From: Eledone cirrhosa
Taxonomy: Eukaryota
DNA: 64,000 nt
Assembly (NCBI GenBank): GCA_964016885.1
Contig: OZ024756.1
Coordinates: 23,064,001-23,128,000, forward strand
Direction: 5' to 3'
The translations under genes were made by a program, and so were the position numbers. Position 1 is the first letter of the stretch. Each line of letters starts with the position of its first letter. Shown one piece after another: positions 27,630-41,038 of this stretch. The notes under the pieces were generated by a model that was not told the DNA's origin, searched no databases, and was given only the letters and a program-made list of their open reading frames with translations.

Positions 27630-27900
27630 GATGTAGGGACGCCGTAGTAACATAGGGGGATTTGGGGACAGAACCAATCCCTCTCCAGATCTGAACACAG
27701 CAGATTTGTTTTTCCAGAGAATGTTAGAATGTGAGAGAGAAAATAAGCGAGAAATAGATATAGAGGAAAAAATTGTTCGCAGTACTAGATTGGTACTTTT
27801 TTATCGACTCCGAATGGATGAAGGCAAAGTTCATCTCGGCAGAATTTGAACTGAGGGAGAAGAAAGCCTAAAAGAATATAGCAAAGCCAATTCGCTGCCT
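27630..27900 (-). mobile_element. SINE family 2
   Basis: Reverse complement of the 15542-15870 layout. Confidence 0.7.
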
Positions 27901-28659
27901 TCAGAAAGATTATTACCAATTCCGATTCTTTATATTAATCCTTTTATAGAATCTCTCTGAAATTATTTGTAAAATATTTTGACAAAAAGGTTCCAGAAGT
28001 TAACAGTATATACTTGTATGTGCGTTTGTGTTCCAGTGTATATGTGTGAGTGAGCGCTTGCGTGCGTGTGTGTTTGTGTGAAAAAGCGAGAGAGAGAGGG
28101 GGGTGGGAATCGTGTATATCTGTGCGTTCGTGGGTTCATATGTATGTGCCCGTATATTGTTTCATTTAGGTATGTATTTATGAATTTATACATACATGAA
28201 CGCATGCATACGTATGCACATATCAGCAAGTTGTGCTGCAATTGAACAAAAGATATTCTAAACGCAGAAACGTCCCCTAAACGATTGACAAGATATAGAT
28301 AATAGGATCTTCTTATTTAATGACAAGATGGTGGAGACTGTTGCTTCAACGTTTCAACTCGACCCGCTTTTCATACAGTGGAAATATCAAAAGAGGTGAT
28401 TTACGAATTGAAAGAGCATTTCTCTGTTGTAAAGGATATGAGCTTGGTCTTTTGGCGCCATCAAATGTATAAGCAAGAAAAAGAATAAAGAATATAAAAG
28501 TAAAATAATATTTAAATAATAATTTTACAAACTCATGAATATTGAGTGGTTTTTCTGCATTCTAAACATCAAAATCATGCATTTGTATTATCATTGGTTA
28601 ATATTTATAAGATATATAATGCTGACATATAACAAATATATATCAAAATAAAGTATAAT

Positions 28660-28942
28660 TCGGCCATGAATCACAATGGTATTTGCCCCTAGCAAGTTCC
28701 TTTCCAAGGCACAAGACCAGCAGTCCTCCATGCATACTAGTCACACTTCTCCACGCCACTGGTGTTTTCCAATGAAAAGGCAATGGCCAGTACAGCTTGG
28801 CACCAGTGACGTCGCAACTCATTTCTGCAGCTCAGTAAACTGGAGCAACGTGAAATAAAGTGGCTTGCTCAAGAACACATCACCCGGTCAGAAAATCGAA
28901 TACATATCACGATTGCGAATCCGACATTAACCACTAAGCCTT
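28660..28942 (-). mobile_element. CORE-type tRNA SINE
   Basis: CTGGAGCAACGTGAAATAAAGTGGCTTGCTCAAGAACAC (CORE-like) plus a tRNA-like head. Confidence 0.8.
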
Positions 28943-29092
28943 CACATATAACTAAAGAAAGCTAATAAAAAGCTACTAGATTAAATTATGGAAACAATCA
29001 GATAAATCAGTAAGGAGTTGTATGTATATATAAATATATACATATATATATATATACACACATATATATATATATATATATATGCGCGTGTG

Positions 29093-29151
<59 letters not shown>

Positions 29152-29744
29152 GATAGAATAAAGCACCAAAGCGAGAGAATTGGGTGCTCATGCGCGTAGA
29201 TGCTATGAAATAACTTATAAAATAGGGTGAAGACCTTTAACAAACGGGATAATAAGTTGCTTGCATACATATATATATTCACACAAACACGTATGTATAC
29301 ACGCAGACATAATCATATTTAGAAATATATATTTATGTGTATACATAGATAGACATGTTTATGTTCCGATATTTATAGGTATGGGACAAGTGAGTGAGTG
29401 TGTTTCTGTGAGTGTGTGAGTGTGCGCGCACGCGTGCGTGTCTGCGTGCTAAAATGCTATTTATTCGTGATTATTTTTTCGCAGAGGAACAAGATTAATA
29501 TCCTCATTCCACTGCTCACGGCTTATTTGCATCTAAATATAGTTATTTAGTAATTAGTTTATATAAATATTTTAATTTTCTCCAATCTTTTCATAATTCA
29601 ATTTCCTAAATGTTTATACATTTATTATAGCTTGACAATATGAATTATGCCATCAAGATACGAACCTGAAATTAGGATTCATTCGAGAAAAGGTTTATCA
29701 TTCATGAGGTTTTAATTCCATTTTCTTTCCTCACTATTTTGTTT

Positions 29745-30152
29745 TGATTGGCAGTATCGGTAGAGCGTCAGACACCATGCCTTGTAGCATATAGTTAAGG
29801 CACTTTACGTTCCGAGTTCAAATCCTGCTGAGGTTAACTTTGCCTTTCATCCTTACCGGGTCGATAAAATAACGTACCAGTCACGCACTGGGGTCGATTT
29901 AATCGACTTTCCCCTCCCCCAAAATTGCTGGCCTTGTGCCTATATAAGAAACCATTATTTTGTTTTGATTGGCAGTATCGGTAGAGCGTCAGACACCATG
30001 CTTTGCAGCATAGAGTTATGGCCCTTTATGATCTGAGTTCAAATCCTGCCGAGGTTAACTTTGCCTTTTATCGTTACGGGGTCGATAAAACAAAACACCA
30101 GTAATACACTGGGGTTATCGCTGGCTTTGTGCCAAAAGTAGAAACAATTATT
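29745..30152 (+). mobile_element. Two head-to-tail SINE family 1 copies
   Basis: A long variant (with GTCGATTTAATCGAC hairpin) followed by a short variant. Confidence 0.9.
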
Positions 30153-30667
30153 GTGTTTATAATTATATATTCTCTTTGTTTTTTTCCGTTTTCACCAGTA
30201 ATGACATCACTACTGGAGCATGTTATATTCTTTTTTACAATATAAAAAAAAATGGTGTTTGAATTTAGTAATAACTTCTTATATGCCAACTTTCTCTTTT
30301 ATGTTTCATAGAAAATCTTGAGAATCGGTCATATCACTATTTGATAAGCCAAATCTGGCGAAACCTTTAAATGAGATCTAATTCCTGAGATCTTATTAAT
30401 CAGTCGCCTGAGGATTCGGATTGTGAAACTCCGAATGACGACACACAAACTCACACATACATACATACACAGATTCAGCCATGAATGTATATATATATAT
30501 ATATGTGTGTGTGTGTGCTAATCTTGTGCCTAGATATATAAAAGGGAATATTAGTGGAAATATTAGAAAACAGAGTGTCATAGCTGCTGCTGTTGTTATT
30601 ATTAAAGTTGAATTTTGTACCAAACATTAACAAAGAAAACGAAAAAAAATAGTATTACTAACGAAGA

Positions 30668-31352
30668 GGGCGGTAGATTGGCAGTATCAGTAGAGAGTCG
30701 GACGCCATGCTTTCCAGCATAGAGTTATGTCCCTTTAGGTCTGAGTTCAAATCCCGCTGAGGTTAACTTTGCTTTTCATCCTTACGGGATCGATAAAATA
30801 AAGTACCAGAAATGCACTGGGTGATTGCTGGCCTTGTGCCAAAAGTAGAAACAATTATTTTAGTTCGGTGGATTGGCAGTACCGATAGAACGTCAGAAAC
30901 CATTCTTTACAGTATAGCGTTATGGCCCTTTACGTTCTCAGTTCAAATCCTGCCGCGGTTAACTTTGCTTTTCATCCTTACGGCGTCGATAAAATAAAGC
31001 ACCAGTAATGCACTGGGGTAATTGCTGGCCTTGTGATAAAAGTTTTAATACTACTGCTACAAGGAGGGGGGGGGGGGGGATTAGCAGTACAATATCGGTA
31101 GAGCGTCGGACAATAATAATATGCTTTGTGGCATTGAGTTACGCCATGCTTTGTGGCATTGAGTTACGCCATGCTTTGCAGCATATAGTTATGTCCCTTT
31201 ACGTTCTGAGTTCAAATACCACCGAGGTTAGCTTTGCATTCATTCTTACGGAGTCAATAAAAGAAAGTACCAGTAACGCACTGGGGTCAATTTGATCGAC
31301 TTTCCCCTCCCTCCAAATTGCTGGCCTTGTGCCTATTGTAAAATTTATTATT
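30668..31352 (+). mobile_element. Three head-to-tail SINE family 1 copies
   Basis: Copies at about 30668-30862, 30866-31045 and 31080-31352. Confidence 0.9.
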
Positions 31353-31412
31353 ATTAGAACTGTTATAATTATCGTTGTTTTTTTTATTACTGCAATACTA
31401 ATTTTCGTATAT

Positions 31413-31875
31413 TACATCTATAGTTTATCACCTGTTATAGTACATTTAATATCACCGTTATTTGTAATATATGATATGTGATAATTTTTGTTTATTTTTA
31501 TATCTATGTATATGTATGTGTGTATACATCTATAGTTTATCACCTGTTATAGTACATTTAATATCACTGTTATTTGTAATATATTATATGTGATAATTTT
31601 TGTTTATTTTTATATCTATGTATATGTATGTGTATGTGTGTATACATCTATAGTTTATCACCTGTTATAGTACATTTAATATCACCGTTATTTGTAATAT
31701 ATGATATGTGATAATTTTTGTTTATTTTTATATCTATGTATATGTATGTGTATGTGTGTATACATCTATAGTTTATCACCTGTTATATAGTACATTTAAT
31801 ATCACTGTTATTTGTAATATATTATATGTGATAATTTTTGTTTATTTTTATATCTATGTATATGTATGTGTGTAT
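31413..31875. repeat. Four-copy 112-118-bp AT-rich tandem repeat
   Basis: TACATCTATAGTTTATCACCTGTTAT at about 31413, 31525, 31643 and 31761, with alternating variants. Confidence 0.95.
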
Positions 31876-32487
31876 ATATAAATGTATATGTATGTCTATA
31901 TATGTGTATATATGTGTGTATATATGTGTGTATATATGTGTGTATATATGTGTGTATATATGTGTGTGTATATATGTGTGTATATATGTGTGTATATATG
32001 TGTGTGTGTTTAATGTTTGATTATAATGTAGTATTTTTCTAGCATCACCATCATCGTCTTCATTATTCTAAATTGTGTTGTTGTTGTTGTTGATGATGTC
32101 ATGGTAGTTGTTCTTGCCCTTGACCACGACAGCGACTGGACCGCAATCATAAAAGAAGGCCGCCAATACTGTCTCCACAAGACATAATGGCACCAGACTG
32201 ACCAGGGGCATAGGAACTAACGATTGCAGAGGAAATAATGGACCACATGCTGAGATTTATTGGTAAACATATCAACAATTAAGTGTTGGAACTTTACCCA
32301 GAGCTTACAAAATCAACTAATCAAAATCGGATACATCTACTACTAAAATCTAATAAATATAGAGATTCATATGCCTGGTGCCATCAAACAGGATGGTTAT
32401 ACATGGCCAGCAGCATTTACCATTGATTACATAACTGCGCCAATAAAGCAATTATGGTGAAATTATCCCGTCTTAACTACTCTTATT

Positions 32488-32547
<60 letters not shown>

Positions 32548-32550
<3 letters not shown>

Positions 32551-32730
32551 AGGACAATGCGAAGTGAATATGTTAGGGTCCTTAATTAATTGAGCCGTTA
32601 TACATAGTTCAATGACGAGAGATATCGTGATTTCTTCAAACAGAAATCACGATATCTATCGTCATGGAAATATGTATAACGGCTCAATTAATTAAGGACC
32701 CTAACATCTTCAACCTCGCATTTTCCTCTT
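32548..32730. repeat. 183-bp fold-back palindrome next to (TA)n
   Basis: ~88-bp arms around a TTCAAAC loop; the right arm carries GAAATATGTA (HHR 3'-half-like) at 32667-32676. Confidence 0.85.
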
Positions 32731-32812
32731 TATAAATATACTCTGTCATCCTTCTTTTTAGGAAGTAATATGACATTGAGTGCTAGAAGTGAATTGTATT
32801 CTTGTATACCGA

Positions 32813-32848
<36 letters not shown>

Positions 32849-32886
32849 TAGCGAGGTTTTTTATATGAAATCGTGTGTCGAAACAA

Positions 32887-33152
32887 ATATTGTTATACTT
32901 GGGGAGGGTCATATTTGTGTAATATTGCCAGAATTAATAACAGAATTAAATTATGTAAACTATATATATGTGTTTGTGTCTATATTGTATCTGTATTATT
33001 TTTGACCGTCGGTCAGTCAATGGCAACATTGAGGACCGAGTAAGTTAGATCGCAGATATAAAAGACAGCGAGAAGCGAAAACCAACCAAACAGTGAGTGT
33101 GTTCTGTTATTAATTCTGGCAATATTACACAAATATGACCCTCCCCAAGTAT

Positions 33153-33160
<8 letters not shown>
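32887..33160. mobile_element. Element with 59-bp terminal inverted repeats (18120/40280 family)
   Basis: ATATTGTTATACTTGGGGAGGGTCATATTTGTGTAATATTGCCAGAATTAATAACAGAA is inverted at 33102-33160. Confidence 0.85.
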
Positions 33161-33195
<35 letters not shown>

Positions 33196-33200
33196 ACAAG

Positions 33201-33367
33201 ACGAAGGCTAGATTTCATAATTTCTTTAATTATACAATAGCCAGGACGTATTTCTGTTGTCCGCATGACATAGATTGCCTCATGGTATCGTGATGTAGCC
33301 ATCTCACAACAGAAATATCTATTATGGTTAATGTGTAAATAAAGAAATTATGAAATCTAGCCTTCGT
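33201..33367. repeat. Imperfect fold-back next to (TA)n
   Basis: ACGAAGGCTAGATTTCATAATTTCTTTA is perfectly inverted at 33340-33367; the match extends imperfectly inward. Confidence 0.8.
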
Positions 33368-34054
33368 ATTTTTATATTGATGTATTTAACGCTGTCATAC
33401 GACACCAAATCAAAATTGATAGAATACATATAACGTTGAGTGCTTTTCCCATATTGAAGCATGATTTTCTTTATCACAGCACCTGCTACTATTTAGGAAA
33501 CACCCTATAACACATACGAACAGAGAGAGAGATGCGGGAAGAGAGAGACAAAGAGGTAAACATCTATAATGCCTAATATAAAAACGTGTGTGGTGTACGA
33601 ATGTGTGTTTAAAATGTTGCTTGTTTTATGCAATGATGTATACCAATAAACATTGTTTCTGTCAAGTTGTATTTCAACTCCAACCAGGCTGTCTTTCTCA
33701 AGCAACTTTATATTCAGGCAAAAAAGGTAAATTGCCACCAGCAATTTTATGGCTTACAAGTTTTATCGATAGTCTCATATGTCGCTTAATTATTGCCTGC
33801 CTGAAGCAATTATTTTGTAACAGCATTGTACTCTTTGGTTGGTTTATTTTTTATGCCTTGTATTTTTGCCAACGTTTCCTTATAGCTTTGTGAAATCGCA
33901 TTCAGTTTTCTCAGAATATAGTAGTTGTTTTTTTTTATTAAACTTCATACACTTAATATGTATGTGCTACATTAGGTTGCAGGCTGCAGTTATGGCTACC
34001 ACTGTAGGAATATATTGGATATCCTACATATGTGTGTGTCTGTCTGTGTATGTT

Positions 34055-34086
<32 letters not shown>

Positions 34087-34324
34087 ACAGAGTGTTGTAG
34101 TTTGCATAAAGCATTGTTGAATAGGAAACAAATTTAAATAATTTTGAAAACCAAACAATGCACTAGAAAGATAATTAAAATTGCTAAGATTCTTTTGTTA
34201 TCTTAGCAATTTTGAAATGAATAGGGCCTTAATTCCTGGGGGAGTAGCAGAGGCGGCAGTGAAGGAGAGAGAAGAAGAACCGATCAGAGTACATTATTTA
34301 TCTACCGATACTGACAATCCTTAT

Positions 34325-34532
34325 AATAATGATTTCTAGTATAAGCACAAGGCCAGTAATTGGGGGGGGGGTGAAGTCGATTAAATCGACTCCAGTGAGT
34401 GACTGGTACTTTATTTTATCGACTCCGTAAGGATGAAAGGCAAAGTTAACCTTGGTGGGATTTGAACTCAGATCCTAAAGGGGCGTAACTCTATGCTGCA
34501 AATTATGGTGTCCGACTCTCTACCGATTCTTC
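34325..34532 (-). mobile_element. SINE family 1, long variant
   Basis: Reverse complement of the consensus. Confidence 0.9.
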
Positions 34533-35098
34533 CAAAAATAATAATAATGGCTTCTTTATTAGCCACAACGGCGATGAGAGAATGGATATTTCAAGAATAA
34601 AATAACAACCATTGACACTTATTCTTAATCGATTCCGGAATGTTGTAATGCTGAGTCGAACCTATCCGGAAATAAACTCCGAATGTAAATGAATATGTGT
34701 AATTAAATATCTCCAAGTATTTAATTGCTTCATCAATTCTACATTCCTGTGATTTCACACATGATTTCTTTGTGGCACAAGTCGATATACTTCGGGAAAT
34801 CATTTTATCGATCTCTATATGGTAATTTTATCGACCTTAGACATCGGAACGCTGCACTTCTGAACCCGCAAGATTTGAGTAATTTGTTCTCTCATGAATG
34901 TTGTGCACTCAGATGTCGTTGGTTTTCAACGGACGAAACATCGGTTCACTACCTTTTTCTATAGCCACAATGCCAAGAGAGTGCCTGAGCAATTCAAGTA
35001 GGATAACTACTGCCAGGTAGCTTTCTTCGATATAACGGTTTATCGAGAATTTCCATGGCTTTACTCACCTTAAATCTTACCCTTACACACACAATATA

Positions 35099-35142
<44 letters not shown>

Positions 35143-35181
35143 AAGAAGGGAGAGTGCTCTATATATGCTACAGAGCTAGCT

Positions 35182-35353
35182 AATTATGTAATAAACAACA
35201 CAATACAATTATTCCATTTACCAAAGGTTTCACGAAGACAGGCGAGCTCGACAGAGACGTCTGAAATCGTTCATCAGAAGGAAATGAGCTCGCCTGTCTT
35301 CGTGAAAACTTTGGTAAATGGAATAATTGTATTGTCTTGTTTATTACATAATT
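35182..35353. mobile_element. Fold-back element carrying a hammerhead
   Basis: 68-bp arms at 35182-35249 and 35286-35353. Confidence 0.85.
35212..35283 (-). ncRNA. Type I hammerhead ribozyme
   Basis: Minus strand reads TTCCTT-CTGATGA-ACGA..TCGT-GAAA-CCTTTGG-TA-AATGGAA; stem III is A-U, C-G, C-G with a UUU loop; stem I has one bulge. Confidence 0.75.
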
Positions 35354-35383
35354 TTATATATATATATATACACATATATATGT

Positions 35384-35427
<44 letters not shown>

Positions 35428-35713
35428 GGACTGACCCAGTTTTAAACTAGTTAGATCCTTATTCAACTGAGTACTCGATACTTGGGATAGTAGAGTATGA
35501 CTATATTAGATAGAGTCAGGACCCGACGGCTGAACTAGTTAAAACGGCAAGAGCTCAGCTGTCGTGCCCCGGTCATTTCTCATATATATATATATATAAT
35601 TCTTAGTTTATCTAATTTTACATGGAGGGATGTGTCCTTATTCGGAATACCCTCAACTTCCTGAATAGCTATATATATAATTTAAAATAGTAAAGAAATA
35701 CAACTGTTTTAGT

Positions 35714-35764
35714 TCTGTTACATGGATAAGTTCCGACTCTACGACAGTTGGATCGTCAGCAGTT
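35714..35764 (-). ncRNA. Decayed hammerhead
   Basis: Minus strand reads CTGACGA-TCCAACT..AGTCGGA, then a disrupted GAAA, then CATGTA-ACAG. Confidence 0.4.
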
Positions 35765-36419
35765 GCAAATATTTCTCTATCTGTGAAAGCTATCAAATAT
35801 ATCGATTATATCAAATATGATATTAAACGGACAGCTGTAGCCACTCTCGATAATGATTTTCTTTTTACTATTGGAACAGATGTTGTTGATAAAACTAATG
35901 CTACATCATTATCTCACGTTGGTGAGTCTGTGAAATGTTCCTCAAGGTCTTTAAATGATTCTAAAAAAACTCTTACTACATTGTCGTAAAAAATAACATA
36001 TAGTTATGGAAACTGTGACAAAAATAAAAACATTTCCTATGACAAAATTCTTAATTCAGTGATAGAAAAAAATTAAATGCTGGTTTCACGTACGTTTGAT
36101 GAGAAAGGAAAAAATAGCATTTTTTAAAATCCTACGCTCGAAATCACATTTTATCCCCTCTCTTCTAAATTATACGGCAGATTTAGAGAAAGTTGTAACG
36201 GTCTTGCAGTTGTGATACTACTTTGACAACCATAACTTTAGAATGACTACAGTACAGTCAGAAGAAGGAGATTTATTCGAAAGCAAAGAACAAACCTTAT
36301 TTAGTAAGAAAAAAAATGTTAAAAGGGGGAAACAAAAGGAAAGAAAGAATAGGGAAATATAGAAAAAAAAGAGAAAGAAAGAAGAAATAGAACGGGAAAG
36401 GGAGGGGATGGCAAGAGCT

Positions 36420-36800
36420 CTGGTGTCGCAGAGAGAGGGGAGGGTGAAGGGGGAGGGTGATTGGGCTTTGGGCCTAGGGCAAGGAGGGCTGCGCCCCACG
36501 GACAAGACGGCAAAAGCATTCCCCCCGGACGTTGGCCAGTGACACCCACTGCAACAGCCACACAACCTCACGGGGCTCCCTCCTGAGAAGGAGGAGCTCG
36601 GCAGTACGGGGTCCAAGTAAGCCTGAGGTATGGACGGCGACCAGTGCGAAGAGGAAGCGGCCGGTGAAACCCCTGTATTTGTTTATTTTGCTTTCTTCTG
36701 CGAGGCGGGCTGCGATACCGGGTTTTGTGGCCGAAGCCACTAAGTTGGAGGCGGAGAATGTGTCGCAGCAGGTGGCGTCCTAGATGAGAGATCTATCTCC
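36420..36800 (-). mobile_element. CRE-like non-LTR retrotransposon RLE-domain remnant
   Basis: SLI*DATCCDTFSASNL..AARLAEESKINKYRGFTGRFLFALVAVHTSGLLGP..LLQWVSLANVRG(NA). Confidence 0.8.
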
Positions 36801-37289
36801 TTCGGTGCTTGCCATCTCCGCGGTCTAGGCCTGCTGGCTCCATTAAATAACTCCATAAAATAACTACCTAATCCCTAAGTAATAGAAAAATACTTCATTT
36901 ATGGAAGTTCGTAACATATAACAATACCTTATTCTCACAAACGTACGATGAGTCTTCCTTACCTTATGTCATGCGTGTAATTAAGCCTAATCAACCGATA
37001 AATCCTTCTCACATACGTAAGATCTCCCGTCTATTGGAATGCTTGCCAATGTACTTTAAATGACCTCTTCTTCGTTTTGATATTTCGAATGTATTCCTAC
37101 TACAATCCGTGGGTCTCTGTAGTAAAGTGTCTAATTTATCTCTTCTCTGAGTTTGGAATACTGTCACTTATTCATTCAACTGACAAATTGAAACGGATCC
37201 AAAATAACCATGGTGTTTCATTAAGCTGTACGCTTATATATAATCCATTTCAGAAATGTGTAATGGTATTATATATAAAGCTAGTCATT

Positions 37290-37400
37290 GATAGTAAAAT
37301 ACCAAATATTTCACAACAGTAGAATGTGTTGTTTTTGTGCGTAATATGGCTACAAACACATCTCGCGAAAGGCGCTTCTCATGTTTAAGACAAAACTTCT
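37290..37400 (+). pseudogene. hAT transposase C-terminal dimerisation motif remnant
   Basis: ATNTSRERRFSCLR resembles the hAT motif ATS..CER.FS.L. Confidence 0.5.
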
Positions 37401-37759
37401 ACCGGATCAATTCTCCCCCACTTGGTTTTTAGAACCTGGTATAGTATATCTAAGTTGTCATGTGCGTAATTAAAAATTCGAATCCCTAGTAAGAGACAAA
37501 ACGAAATGGTGCCCACGAAAGGTTTATAAATGGCAAGAACACTTAATTTCAATTAAGAACTATCTCCCACCTGACTAGATGTACATCAAATTATACAAGT
37601 AACTGGACATATGGTCAGTTCAACCTTTAATGTCAGTGATACACACCTACTCTTAAATTTGATAGTTCTAACTATTGCAATAAATGATTTGTTGTTTCCC
37701 AGTCGAAACTTGTGTTTTTTTTCACTGGCTAGTTTGTGTATATTATCTACCTTCTATCA

Positions 37760-39415
37760 AAATGGGTGATGAAATGCAAGATTTCAATAAAAAGAAAACG
37801 AAATGTTATGTGCAGAAATTCAAAGGAAAACGGCAGAAAGATTCCAGATTTAAGGATTGGCTTTAGCAAGATAAAGAAGCTGTGTATTCTGGAATGCTAC
37901 TCTGAGATATGTAAATAAATCCATGTTAATGAAACATAAATCTTCTATAAGATATAATAGCAGTTTTCATATTGATAAATCTGTTATTGATATTATTTAA
38001 TTCATTACGGAAAAATATTCGACGGGGAATGAATAAAAGAGGCATATATGAATTGTGTATTGCTGGCTCATAATATTACTGAACAAATTATTCCATTTAC
38101 AGACATTAGTCGTCTTCTGTTTATTTGTTAGGCGAGCATTTCCAAAGAGTAACATTGCGAAGAGAAATTATGAATGAAGAAATACAAATCATTCGTATGT
38201 TATTCAAGGTGGGATAGGTTTTCACAAAAAAAAAGAAAATGTGATAAAAGATATCGCCAAGACAGAAACGTTTTCTATTTTCTATCCTAACTTATAAAAC
38301 TCCAGGCATTTCTGTAACCAAAATGTTAGCTATAGTTGCCAGATAATTGGATTTGCAATAAACATGATATTGTAGTTGCAACGTAAAATACTGTAGTTGT
38401 TGAAAAGGTAACAGCTTTTGATCTTTATTGTGCTATCAAATTTATGTAGCGAGAAAATAAATATTCCTTTAGAAAATATTATCAGACTCACAAGAAATAA
38501 TTATTCATCCATGATGAGAACGAAAATGGGTTCGGGAAAATATTGAAAGGTTATGTGTCTCTTATTATTTTACTCTTTGTACAAATCATGCTATTAGTGC
38601 ATTGCCCTCATATTTCTATTGCAGCAGTAGCAAGAACTACCACGACTTGTATTGAAAAAGTGATAGTGACAACTTGTAATAACATAATTGCGCAGAAAAG
38701 TTGGCAGTTTCGAGAAGCATATTATAGAAGTAATGTTACTATAAATTTGATGCTTCACTAATTTATATCCAGAGTGAATCGAAATTTGACAAGTTTTGTA
38801 CCATGAGAAGCTATGAAATATTAAACACACATTGCCTCAGAAGGTGAATTTACTTAAAGTTGCATTCACCTATAATCATTCTATATTTAAAGATATCAGA
38901 ATATAAAATCTCTTGAGTATCTTTATTAGAGAGGAATTCATGATGTTTACAATGAAGAAAATAAAAAGTATATTTAATCAATGAACCTTTTTGATGATAA
39001 AAATCACTGTTCGAAACATTAAAACTGATCGTTTGAAATTCCTAGTGGGATTTATGTTCGAATGAGAAAGACATTTTCCTTTCATTGAATTTACAATTAT
39101 TTCAAAACTAATGTTTTAGACCCAAAGGTATCGCCAGGAATGAACATATCTGCTATATCTATCATTCCAATAGCTGTGCTTTTCGCATCCATTGTGTCAG
39201 AAAGCAAACTAAGATGATTTTGACGAAGGGGGAGTTACCTTTTATAGTAAGCAATTTACACATCTCTGCAGAATATATTTCTATATACCTGTACAAGTTA
39301 AATGATATAAAAGATTGACTTTATAATCCAAAATATGATTTGTTATATAATCTACAAATGAAATTAGGTCGAACTCAGTTATATTTCTATTTTTATAATA
39401 TTAGTAGCTATTCTT
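37760..39415 (+). pseudogene. Highly decayed hAT-type transposase
   Basis: N-terminal YVQKFK..DSRFKDWL, then frameshifted blocks resembling ITE..IPF, KMLAIVAR and NIPLENII. Confidence 0.55.
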
Positions 39416-39570
39416 CTAACTCTCATTAGCAGCTATGGTTCCAACTCTCATTAGCAGCTATGGTTCTAACTCTCGTTAGTAGCTATGGTTCCAACTCTCG
39501 TTAGTAGATATGGTTCTAACTCTCGTTAGTAGATATGGTTCCAACTCTCGTTAGCAGTTATGGTTCTAAT
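39414..39570. repeat. 25-bp minisatellite, six copies
   Basis: C(T/C)AACTCTC(A/G)TTAG(C/T)AGNTATGGTT with alternating CT/CC starts. Confidence 0.95.
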
Positions 39571-39680
39571 CGTAGTGTGGAGAATCCACAATCTGTAAAT
39601 CAACAAAAATGTGTAAATTTCTTCAGGTCTAAACATAGCCGATTTCTTCCAGAGAGAGCGAGAGAGAATAAAACAGGTTG

Positions 39681-39729
<49 letters not shown>

Positions 39730-39841
39730 AGAAGAATCGATCTCCGTATTCACCATTTCCCATTTTTAGAGGGTTTTAAACCCCATCAGGCTAAACATTC
39801 TTTAGTCAAAAATACGACAAAAGCTTCTATTTCTAACAAAG

Positions 39842-40212
<371 letters not shown>

Positions 40213-40222
40213 TCTCTCTACA

Positions 40223-40279
<57 letters not shown>

Positions 40280-40282
<3 letters not shown>

Positions 40283-40698
40283 GAAAACACACACAGGACA
40301 AAATGAAAACACACACACACATAGAACAAACAACCAACCAACAATAAATAAATAAATAAATAAACAAATAGATAAATGAACACAAACACACACAGACACC
40401 CGGATGTGGCGCATGCGCAAACTGAGCACACAACACACACACAGAAACAAAATGGCGTAGGATAGAAGAAAGGAAAGGCACAGAAACAAAGAAAGGAATC
40501 CCCAGTCACTGAAGAGGTCACAGAGTGTGTGACGAAAGGACTATGACTATATATAAACAACTATCTGGTTGTGGAACCAACCAACCAACCAGAAATTTAT
40601 AAGTTTGTAGATTTGTAAATTTATAAATATATAATAAATTGAAGTGAAAGCAACTGGTGCGTGTGTTTCTTATTGGCAGCATGACCCTCCCAAAGTAT

Positions 40699-40705
<7 letters not shown>
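40280..40705 (+). mobile_element. pLTR-like element between (TA)n tracts, carrying a hammerhead
   Basis: Ends in ATGACCCTCCCAAAGTATAACAATAT, as at 33135-33160; shares CGCATGCGC and ATGGCGTAGG with the 18120 element. Confidence 0.7.
40504..40548 (+). ncRNA. Minimal type I hammerhead ribozyme
   Basis: AGTCA-CTGAAGA-G-GTCACA-GAGTG-TGTGAC-GAAA-GGAC-TA-TGACT. Confidence 0.75.
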
Positions 40706-40758
<53 letters not shown>

Positions 40759-40897
40759 TCCATCCAACCACCACCTCTACACGCCTCACATCTTTTCACC
40801 ACTTGTTAACTTTTATTTTCCAGCTCATGTATTATTTTTATTCCACAACCTCTCCTCACTCACTCTTGGAGTTCATCCTCCTCCTCCTTCCAACTAC

Positions 40898-40931
40898 TCT
40901 CCTGGTGAAGGGTTTATGCCCGAAACGTCGC
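40898..40931 (+). ncRNA. Decayed minimal hammerhead
   Basis: CTGGTGA-A-GGGT-TTAT-GCCC-GAAACGTC; A6 is mutated and stem I is broken. Confidence 0.5.
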
Positions 40932-41006
40932 ACTAGACACCCCACTCCCAATAAGCGTGAACCTAATACCTTTCGTAACTTGTACTCCTGAGTTGTTGTT
41001 TTTTAC

Positions 41007-41038
<32 letters not shown>

